A DNA stretch of 64,000 bases from Solirubrobacteraceae bacterium (GTDB taxonomy: Bacteria > Actinomycetota > Thermoleophilia > Solirubrobacterales > Solirubrobacteraceae), in assembly GCA_036008645.1 (NCBI GenBank), contig DASYNI010000011.1:59107-123106 (forward strand), written 5' to 3'. Positions 37,819-45,600 of the stretch are shown here, piece after piece. Numbering within the stretch: position 1 is the stretch's first letter; each line of letters begins with the position of its first letter. Under the pieces are notes generated by a model. It did not search any database. It saw only the letters and a list, made by a program, of their open reading frames with translations, and was not told the origin of the DNA. The translations under genes and the position numbers were made by a program.

Positions 37819-38000
37819 GTTGGGACTGTGGCAGACCGGCACACCGCCGTCAAGACGAGTTCAGGATGTTCATCCTCTGACCAGAATTACGACGGGCCGC
37901 ATGTGCGGCATCCGCCCATTGAACTCGCCAAGCCGCTGTCCTCCGCGGAAAGCCCAGATCGATCCAGCAGTCGAGCGAATGGTGCCCGCGGCGAGGGCGC

Positions 38001-38046
38001 CGAGTGAGAAACATCCCTTTTCACACGGGACAACGGTCGTTAGAGT
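38001..38046 (+). promoter_or_regulatory. candidate promoter: CGAGTGAGA box + TTTTCA-N17-TAGAGT
   Basis: Box at 38001..38009, -35 at 38018..38023, -10 at 38041..38046, ~130 nt upstream of the collagen-like gene. The same box and spacing occur at 39200. Confidence 0.45.
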
Positions 38047-38175
38047 CTCACGCCATACCGCGGGTGAGAGGTGAGTACGAACGCTACGAGGTGCCGGGGC
38101 CGTCTCGGCAGCAGCGCTCTGCGTGCAGGCCGCCGCGCACACGCGTCAACACGCAATGTTAGACGGGAGGGAGAG

Positions 38176-39042
38176 ATGCTGTCATTCATCAAGCGGCGGC
38201 TGACCTACGCCAACGTCGCCGTCACGGCCGCGCTCGTATTCGCGATGGCCGGCGGCGCGTTCGCTGCGAGTCGCCAGGCCGGCCCCATCGCGAGTGGCGC
38301 CGGAAGTAAAGGCAAAGCAAAATACGTCATCACGTCCAAGAGCCAGATAAGCCCGGCAGTGCTGAACGCGCTGAAAGGGGCCGCCGGCGCGACGGGATCC
38401 GAAGGCAAGCCTGGAGCTGCTGGGAAAGAAGGGCTCGCCGGGAAAAATGGGGTAAACGGCAACGAAGGCAAACAGGGCAACGAAGGCAAAGAAGGCAAAG
38501 AAGGCAAACAAGGCATCCCGGGCGAAGAAGGCGAACCGGGCAAAGAAGGCTCGCCCTGGACGGTCAACAGCACACTGCCTGTAGGCAGCGCAAAGGTCGG
38601 GAAAAAAGGCAAACCGGGTCCGCAGGAGACTGGTGTTTGGACGTACGTGCCAGCAGCCGTCGACACCAACGAAGACGTGCCGATCTCCTTCCCAATCAAG
38701 TTGGCGACGGCGTTGCCTGCCGAAAACGCGACGTCCCACGAAAAAAGCGTGCAATTCATCGAACCAGATAAAGCAGAAGGCCAGCTATTTGAAGCTGCCG
38801 CGATCACCCAGGGCCACTGCGGCGGCACCGCCGAACATCCGGAAGCGGCGGCCGGGTACCTATGTATCTTTATAGGTTACGAAGTCGGCGAAATTAGCTA
38901 CGAAGGCGTCTACTCGCCGCTGACGGCGGGCCGCCAAAGCGCTGAAAGGGGAGTGACGGCAACAACTGGCGCCGTACTCGTCCTCGAGGCCGAAGAACTA
39001 AAACGAGAAGAGGTCGGCACCTGGGCAGTCGGTGGCGACTAA
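38176..39042 (+). CDS. secreted collagen-like (GXY repeat) protein with globular C-terminal domain
   Basis: Signal peptide MLSFIKRRLTYANVAVTAALVFAMAGGAFA. About 20 uninterrupted GXY triplets (GAAGATGSEGKPGAAGKEGLAGKNG...GEPGKEGSP) and a 160-aa C-terminal domain. RBS GGGAGGGAGAG. A-ending codons throughout. Confidence 0.85.
   Translation: MLSFIKRRLTYANVAVTAALVFAMAGGAFAASRQAGPIASGAGSKGKAKYVITSKSQISPAVLNALKGAAGATGSEGKPGAAGKEGLAGKNGVNGNEGKQGNEGKEGKEGKQGIPGEEGEPGKEGSPWTVNSTLPVGSAKVGKKGKPGPQETGVWTYVPAAVDTNEDVPISFPIKLATALPAENATSHEKSVQFIEPDKAEGQLFEAAAITQGHCGGTAEHPEAAAGYLCIFIGYEVGEISYEGVYSPLTAGRQSAERGVTATTGAVLVLEAEELKREEVGTWAVGGD
38377..38553 (+). repeat. collagen-like GXY triplet repeat (about 20 triplets)
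   Basis: Gly at every third residue from G68 to P126 of the 38176 protein. Nucleotide periodicity is visible as ggcaaagaaggcaaagaaggcaaacaaggc. Confidence 0.85.
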
Positions 39043-39072
39043 GACCGATCTGGCCGGCGTAAGTCGGTCCAC

Positions 39073-39106
39073 GGGGCGTGGAGGAGGTATACCTCCTCCA
39101 CGCCCC
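39073..39106 (+). terminator. perfect 34-nt palindrome/hairpin after the collagen-like gene
   Basis: GGGGCGTGGAGGAGGTATACCTCCTCCACGCCCC, 31 nt past the stop. There is no U tract. Confidence 0.6.
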
Positions 39107-39199
39107 GTCCCCGTTCCCTGCAGGAGCAACTTTGGACTGCGCTGGCGCGGGGACTGAAGTCGAATATAGGCTCACGCCCGCCTGAAGCACACGTATCCG

Positions 39200-39245
39200 C
39201 GAGTGAGAAACAGGGCTTTACATGCTTGGCGGCAGGTTGTACCTT
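39200..39245 (+). promoter_or_regulatory. candidate promoter: CGAGTGAGA box + TTTACA-N17-TACCTT
   Basis: Box at 39200..39208, -35 at 39217..39222, -10 at 39240..39245, ~165 nt upstream of the P1 start. Confidence 0.5.
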
Positions 39246-39251
39246 GATGTC

Positions 39252-39410
39252 GTGTCCGTCCCTCGGCGCGGGATGCATCCACGAACGTCCTGCATCTATC
39301 GACGAAGGCGACACGCGAAATCCGGAGATAGATTAGCTCCATCTTCGAGTAGGGGCTCCCTATCACCGTAATCAGCCTCTAAACGGGGCACATAAAAGGA
39401 GATTACGCTA
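39252..39410 (+). promoter_or_regulatory. long conserved 5' leader of P1 (candidate structured cis-regulatory RNA)
   Basis: Alignable with 48345..48498. A shared core GAAGGCGACACGCGAA(A)TCCGG, two hairpins with compensatory changes, then ATAAA(A)GGAGATT..GCTAATG. Confidence 0.4.
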
Positions 39411-39977
39411 ATGCGCAGTATCAAGATGTTCGCAGTCCTATTCGGCGTCGTGGTGGCGATTGTCGCCGTCGCATCCGCGTCGGCGTCTGCCGCTGCATTC
39501 TTATCGAGCGGAACCGGCACGCTCAGCGGAACACAGCTCGAATCACAGGTGTTCAAAACCGGCGCCGGCACGGTCACCTGTACGAAGCTGAAAGGGACGG
39601 GTTCAGTAACCGAAACCATGACTGAATCACAGAACGCGTCGATCCAGTATGAAGAATGCACCGCATTCGGCATCATCGAAGCAAAAGTGACGTTAGCTGA
39701 ATATTTATTCATGGCGAACGGTGAAGTCACAATCCAGAAAACGATTACCATTACAGCCCCGGGCTGCGAAATCATAGTGCCGGGCAGCAAAACGGTTAGC
39801 TCAGTAAGCTACAAAAACAAAAACAGCCAGATCGAAATCGTGCCGGCTGTGACTAACATTGAATCTGAAGGTAAAGGCGCGTTCTGCACCTACGCGAAAG
39901 AAACCAAAGGTACCTACAGCGGTACCTCGTTAGCTACACTAGGCGGCGGCACAATCAGCTGGAGCTCAGCAGGCTGA
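39411..39977 (+). CDS. small secreted 4-Cys protein, family copy P1
   Basis: Signal peptide ending ASASASA. About 160-aa beta-rich mature domain with 4 conserved Cys (VTCTKL, YEECTAF, PGCEII, AFCTYA) and an AEYLFMANGEV motif. RBS AAGGAG is 9 nt upstream. Confidence 0.85.
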   Translation: MRSIKMFAVLFGVVVAIVAVASASASAAAFLSSGTGTLSGTQLESQVFKTGAGTVTCTKLKGTGSVTETMTESQNASIQYEECTAFGIIEAKVTLAEYLFMANGEVTIQKTITITAPGCEIIVPGSKTVSSVSYKNKNSQIEIVPAVTNIESEGKGAFCTYAKETKGTYSGTSLATLGGGTISWSSAG

Positions 39978-39989
39978 CAAGGTGGTGGA

Positions 39990-40018
39990 TTGACTAATCG
40001 CTTGAGTGCGAGTAGCAT
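39990..40018 (+). promoter_or_regulatory. near-consensus promoter TTGACT-N17-TAGCAT
   Basis: -35 at 39990..39995 and -10 at 40013..40018, immediately after the P1 stop and upstream of the two hairpins and the 40154 gene. Confidence 0.4.
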
Positions 40019-40044
40019 GAAGTACGAGTAAGCATGTTGCGGAT

Positions 40045-40098
40045 GGCGGGGGCCCTCGGAGGGCCCCCGCCTTCCAATGTGCCGTGCACATTGGAAGG
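40045..40098 (+). terminator. two tandem strong hairpins (P1 terminator or leader attenuator of the next gene)
   Basis: Hairpin 1 is GGCGGGGGCCC-tcgga-GGGCCCCCGCC (40045..40071). Hairpin 2 is CCTTCCAATGTGC-cgt-GCACATTGGAAGG (40070..40098). Confidence 0.55.
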
Positions 40099-40153
40099 CC
40101 ATGCGGCTAAACATCGGTAGGCGCGCGGCTTATATGAGAGGGGAGTGGATGAC

Positions 40154-42685
40154 ATGGGGTCATATGACTTGGCAATCGTTGGAAGGAACACGACAAGAGC
40201 CGCTGGCATCGTGCGCAGTGTTCTACTCGTCGCTCTCGTCGCGGTCTGCTCTCTGATCTATGCAAATCGCGTGGCCGCTGCTCCGGTCCCGGCCACATGC
40301 CCCAATCGCCCTCTCCGGATCGGGCAGGCTGCCGAATTGCCTGACTGCCGAGCCTATGAGCAGGTGTCGCCGGTCGAAAGCGGAGGCTACAACGCTGTCG
40401 ATTGGGCCGGTTTGGAAACCGCGCAGGCCGCTGCGGGTGGCGAACGTGTCTTCTATCAGGGCAACACGGTCTTCGCCGGGGCTGGAGGAAACACCGCGGC
40501 TACCGCCGGCCATCTCAGCATACGCACGGAAGCCGGCTGGCGGACAATTGAATTGACGCCTAGCACGGCGACACTTGCTGCGGAGAAAGAAGGCTGGATG
40601 ATGTACCAGGGCGTCAATGAAGAATTGACCGAGATCATTTTCAAGGCGCCATTGGCATTGACGCCGTCCGCCAACCTCCTGGCCTTCAATCTCTATGCAC
40701 GCAACTTGTCAAGCGAACCTTCGTGGACCAGCCCGGAATACACGTGGATCAATGATTTGCCGTTGCTTGCGCCCGCATCGGAAATGTGCGACGTGCCGGC
40801 ACAGGTGGGCGTTTCACCGGAAAAGGCCAGTTGCTATTTCGCGGTCGGGTACGCTGGAGCGTCGTCTGATCTGCGACACATTCTCTTCGAGTCACAGATG
40901 CAGCTGATGGCTGGAGCACCCGCCTATGGCGTCGAAGCTCTATATGAAAACTCGGGTGGCGTCATACGGATCGTCGGCGTCCTGCCCAACGGTGAAATTG
41001 CCCCCACGGGCGCGACCGCGGGAGCAGGCAGCAGCACATACGCTCCGCGAGCAGCAAAACCACTGGAACCAGGGCGCGCAGACAGAAGAGTCGAACGCGC
41101 CATGGCGGCCAGCGGAGAAAGGTCCGTCTTCGAGGCCGAGTCGAACGAAGGCGAGGCTGACGAAGAAGGTCAGCGAGGCCTCGCCGAGGTCTATGACCGG
41201 ATTGGAAATTCGACCGAACACGCCAGCACCATAGAGCTGTCGGCACGGGCCGCCGGCGCTGCGCCAAAAGTGAGCAAAGCTGAGCCGGCGACTTTCTGGG
41301 CCGCGTCTACCGACGGATCGCGCGTTTTCTTCACCAGCAGCGCCGAGCTGACGAGTCAGTCAAATACCGGAGCGGCCAACGAAGGGAGCGACCTCTACGA
41401 AGCGCGGCTTGAAGAACAGGGAGCCAGCCAGCCGCCCAAGGTGGCGCTGAGTGACCTGAGCGTCGATAACACCGATAGCGCCGGCGCTGATGTGCTCGGC
41501 GTGGTGGGTGCATCCGAAGACGGTGAATACATCTACTTCGTGGCGGACGGCCAACTTGTGTCCGGCAAGGGTGTGGCCGGAAAGCCCAACCTGTACATGG
41601 AGCGAAATGCAGGTAGGCCGATCTTCATCGCTACGTTGCGCCCAGGCGTTGTTGGTGGTACTGTGCACGAAGAAGAACTCGCGCTCGGCGACTCGCTAGA
41701 TTGGACACAGTTTGGGGAAGTTCAGCGCGCTTACGTGACGCCTGACGGCCGGCATCTTGGCTTCATGTCGGTCGAAGAAGTTCCCACTGTCAACTTCCCT
41801 AGCGGCTATGACAACGTGGCCAGCGTGACGCAGGAACATGAGAGCGAGGTGTTCGAGTACAGCGCACCGAGCCCTACCGAAGAAGCGAAAGGGATGACCG
41901 GACAGCTGACGTGCGCCTCTTGTGACCCGACAGGCGCGCCGCCTACCGGAAACGCGTTCTTGGCGGGAACCGGCGACTCGCTGGGCAACGGGCCGAGCGA
42001 AGAAGAAGGACAGGAGACGCCGACGGCAGCGGGGAGCTCCTTCTTTCATCCGAGGTCTGTCAGCAACTCTGGTATGCGCGTATTTTTCGCAGCGACGCCA
42101 TTCACCAGCGAAACCGTCGCCAACAGCCAAGAGACGCCAGTCGCCAAGATTTACGAGTACGAGCAGGACGGCGAAGGGAGCTGTGCTACGCGTGTTGGTT
42201 GCACTTACCGGGTTTCTGGCGCGACGAATCCCACCCGTGATCTGTTCGTCGGCGCGAGCGCCGAAGGCGAAGATGTGTTCTTCGCGACGTACAGCCAGCT
42301 CACGGCGACCGATAAAAGTGCGCTGTTTGATGTGTACGACGCACGCATAGACGGCGGCTTTCCTGCAGCTACACCGGCGCCGGAATGCGTAGCAGGCTGC
42401 CGGTCGGCATCTACATCTGCAGAAGGTGCTCCCCTTGTAAGCGCTCTGGTGGGGCCTTCGGGCAACCTGGCACCGCCGGCATCGTCCGCCGGCAAATCCA
42501 TAAAATCACCCACCAAATCGAGGGAGCAGTCACCGTGCGTCATGAAGGCGAAGAAAATCAAGAACGCGAAAGCGCGAAAGCGAGCGCTCGGTCGCTGCTC
42601 AAAGAGCAAAGCTAGCGCCAGTCATGCTCGGGCGAGGAGAGACCATCGCCCGAGAGGTGGGCATTCGGCAGGGGCGGGACGATGA
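40154..42685 (+). CDS. secreted PD40/TolB-like beta-propeller repeat protein with basic C-terminal tail
   Basis: Signal/TM VRSVLLVALVAVCSLIYANRVAAAP. Repeated S-x-[DE]-G-x-x-[VIL]-x-F motifs (STDGSRVFFTS, SEDGEYIYFVA, TPDGRHLGFMS, SNSGMRVFFAA, SAEGEDVFFAT), each followed by an x-[LVI]-Y-[ED] motif. ATG at 40154 is 8 nt after GAGAGGGGAG; an alternative GTG is at 40145. Confidence 0.8.
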   Translation: MGSYDLAIVGRNTTRAAGIVRSVLLVALVAVCSLIYANRVAAAPVPATCPNRPLRIGQAAELPDCRAYEQVSPVESGGYNAVDWAGLETAQAAAGGERVFYQGNTVFAGAGGNTAATAGHLSIRTEAGWRTIELTPSTATLAAEKEGWMMYQGVNEELTEIIFKAPLALTPSANLLAFNLYARNLSSEPSWTSPEYTWINDLPLLAPASEMCDVPAQVGVSPEKASCYFAVGYAGASSDLRHILFESQMQLMAGAPAYGVEALYENSGGVIRIVGVLPNGEIAPTGATAGAGSSTYAPRAAKPLEPGRADRRVERAMAASGERSVFEAESNEGEADEEGQRGLAEVYDRIGNSTEHASTIELSARAAGAAPKVSKAEPATFWAASTDGSRVFFTSSAELTSQSNTGAANEGSDLYEARLEEQGASQPPKVALSDLSVDNTDSAGADVLGVVGASEDGEYIYFVADGQLVSGKGVAGKPNLYMERNAGRPIFIATLRPGVVGGTVHEEELALGDSLDWTQFGEVQRAYVTPDGRHLGFMSVEEVPTVNFPSGYDNVASVTQEHESEVFEYSAPSPTEEAKGMTGQLTCASCDPTGAPPTGNAFLAGTGDSLGNGPSEEEGQETPTAAGSSFFHPRSVSNSGMRVFFAATPFTSETVANSQETPVAKIYEYEQDGEGSCATRVGCTYRVSGATNPTRDLFVGASAEGEDVFFATYSQLTATDKSALFDVYDARIDGGFPAATPAPECVAGCRSASTSAEGAPLVSALVGPSGNLAPPASSAGKSIKSPTKSREQSPCVMKAKKIKNAKARKRALGRCSKSKASASHARARRDHRPRGGHSAGAGR

Positions 42686-45600
42686 TTTCGGTCGCTTACG
42701 CAGACCGGATTGCTTCAAGCCGGTGTCGAGCAGTAGCGGCTTTGCTCACGGCCGTGACAGTCGCGCTTACGTTGACGGCGTCCCCGGCGGCCGCGACGCA
42801 GACGCCTCATTGGGCGATGACTTCAATTCCGGCGCCGACATGGTTCCATCCTGGAGATGTCGACGACATATACGAAGTCGCCGCGATGAATGATGGTCCG
42901 GTATCGACCAGCGGACCGCTCACGATTACCGACAAGCTACCAAAGGGTCTGACCGTGGCAGCCATCACAGCCGACGTCGAGCCAGGCGCCACAGATGTTG
43001 CGCCAGCGCAGTTCGTGCCGTGCGAAGAAACGACCGCCGCAAAGATCGTAACGGTGACGTGTACGTCGGGCATTCCTGTGCACAGCGATCGGATGGTTGC
43101 GGTGAAGATCTCGGTTGATGTACCTACTAAGGCTACCGGCACCCTTTCCAACTTCGCGAGCATCTCGGGCGGAGGCGCGGAAACCGCGAGTGCGGAAAAC
43201 CTGACGCCGGTGACGCCTGTAGCGCAGAAGGCGCCCTTCGGCGTCTCGGTGGCGAGCGATCTCGTCGCTGACGATGGTTCGCCGGATATACAGGCAGGAT
43301 CGCATCCCTACGCCTACACGACGATCCTTGCGTACAATAGCGCGGGGATCAGCCTCGACGAAGAATGTGGCGCCGCGTTCGTCGTTTCCGGGCGGCAAAA
43401 TCCTGCCAACACCCAGGGATGTCCGAATCAGGCAGGAGCGCCCCGTAATGTCGAAGTGGCCCTCCCGCCAGGCTTCGTTGGCGACCCGATGGCCACGCCG
43501 CGCTGTATCGCACGCAAGTTCCAGACCGCCGGCTACCGTGGGTGTCCAGCTGCTTCCCAAGTGGGCGTCGCTGAACTGGAGTTCTTCGATAGCGAACTGA
43601 CCCAGAACCAGCTGGTGCCCATCTACAACGTCGAACCCACGCCGGGACAGCCGGCTGAGCTGGGCTTCAGCATCAGCACGATCGGCCATGTGGCGATGTT
43701 CTTCCATCTCCATCCCTTGGCGGACGGCGGCTATGCTCTGACGTCCACCGTTTCGCAGATAACTCAGTTTGTGAGTCTTCACGCACTTGTCTTTACGCTT
43801 TGGGGGGTGCCCGCGGAAGAATCTCATACACCGATCCGGCTCTCTGAAGCCGAGGGGCAAGAATGTGCGAGCGGAACCGACGAAGATTGCGCCGATCGTG
43901 CGGCTCCCAGACCGTTTCTCACGCTGCCGACGAGCTGCACCGGCGTTCCGCTCGGGGCGGGCGTCGGCGTCGACTCCTGGCAGAATCCGCTGGCTGCCCC
44001 GCTGCCGGTCACGGCGGAAGCGGGTCTCGGCACCATCACTGGGTGTGAAACGCTTGCGTTGGGCGAACCATCGATCGCCGTCGCACCGAGTACAGATCAA
44101 GCCGGTTCGCCTGCAGGCTATGGCGTGCGCATCGCGGTACCACAGAACGAGGAACCGGAAGCATTGGGCACACCCGATGTGCGCGATGTCCAAGTCACGA
44201 TGCCTGAAGGCACCGTGATCTCTCCGTCTGCCGCGAACGGACTGCAGGACTGCAGCTCAGCGCTGTTCGGGCAAGGCGAGGAAACTGTCGGTCACTGTCC
44301 GGCGCAATCGCGGATTGGGACGGTGCAGATCACCTCGCCGCTGCTCGATCAACCGATCACAGGCAACGTTTACGTAGGCGAACCAGAATGTTCGCCGTGT
44401 ACCGCACAGCAGGCGGAAGAAGGAAAGATGGTCCATGTTCTGATCGAAGCGAAGCTCACTAGTCCGCAGCGGGAAGCGGAAATGACGCAGACCGAAAGAG
44501 AAAACTACCGACCGGCTGTGCTGATCAAGCTTTCCGGGGACACCATGATCAACCGGCAGACGGGGCGCTTGACGACGGTGTTCGACGAAAACCCGCAATT
44601 GCCATTCAACGAACTCAATCTCGAAATCGAAGACGGGCAAGATGCACCGCTGGTGAACCCCACGTCCTGCGGGCCGATCGCGGCCACTGCTCATCTCACT
44701 GCTTGGAGCGCGCTTGTGAACGCGGAAGGCACGGTCAGTGACCCTGCCTCCGAAGCAAACATCTCGTCGTCGGCTGTATCGATTGGCGGCTGTGCCACCC
44801 CCGGGTTTTCTCCAGCCTTCTCGGCCGGCATGACGAGCAGCCAGCGTGCCGGTGCATTCAGCTCGTTTGCCGTCAACCTGCAACGGCCGGACGGCCAGCA
44901 GACCCTCGGCTCGGTCACGATGCACATGCCCCCCGGACTCGTTGGGATGCTCTCGAACGTGCAGTTGTGCGGTGAACCGCAGGCGAATGAAGGTACTTGC
45001 TCGGCGGCCTCGCAAATCGGCACGACCACCGCCGTGGTAGGTCCGGGTACCGAGCCCTATACGATCGGCGGAGGGAAGGTGTATCTGACGGGCCCGTATG
45101 GCGGAGGTTCCTTCGGACTTTCAATTGTGGTGCCGGCGGAAGCGGGCCCCTTCCATCTGGCCGGTCTCAACGGCGCGGGCGGCGAAGGCGACGGCAGCGT
45201 TGTGGTGCGCGGATCGATCAAGATCGATCCGACTACATCGGCGCTGACGATCGTGACCAATCCGATTCCGACGCAGCTGAACGGAATACCGCTCGACTTG
45301 CGGCATGTCACGGTCGAAGTGAACCGGGAAGGCTTTATGTTCAACCCGACGAATTGCGAAGCCATGACCATCGCGGGGACCATCGACAGCAGCTCTGGGG
45401 CGGTCGCAGATGTCAGCTACCCATTCCAAGCGGTGGACTGTGCGGCTCTGCCCTTCAACCCGAGCTTCGCAGTGGCGACGCATGCCAAGCACACGCGCAG
45501 GGATGGCGCCTACCTGCACGTGGATGTGACTTCCGGAGGTGGCCAGGCGAACATAAAGAGCGTTTTCGTCGAACTGCCAAAAGTCTTGGCCGCGCGGGAG

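Noticed and set aside
38182-38828. Two minus-strand ORFs inside the collagen-like gene (38182..38754 and 38205..38828).
   Set aside because: They are artefacts of the GXY nucleotide periodicity. The plus strand has an RBS, a signal peptide and uninterrupted Gly-X-Y.
39252-39410. The P1/P2 leader as a known riboswitch class (c-di-GMP, ydaO, ykkC/guanidine, ZTP, SAM, preQ1).
   Set aside because: I could not match the conserved cores of these classes from memory to the invariant block GAAGGCGACACGCGAATCCGG or the flanking helices. An Rfam scan is still required.
39296-39790. Antisense ORFs opposite P1, P2 and P3 (39296..39790 -, 48111..48674 -, 54590..55027 +). They resemble one another (e.g. 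VTVPAPVLNTC / MLPAFVLNTC).
   Set aside because: Their mutual similarity is only the mirror image of the conserved sense genes. The sense frames have signal peptides, an RBS and conserved Cys; the antisense frames have no start context.
39925-39977. LATLG in the P1/P2 tail as a sortase E (LAXTG) sorting motif, given the sortase at 62251.
   Set aside because: The sequence is L-A-T-L-G, not L-A-x-T-G. It is followed by only 10 polar residues, with no hydrophobic segment or basic tail.
40145-40153. GTG at 40145 (the ORF-track start) as the initiation codon of the PD40-like gene.
   Set aside because: It overlaps the purine-rich GAGAGGGGAG that looks like the RBS. ATG at 40154 is 8 nt downstream of that RBS. 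The difference is only three codons.
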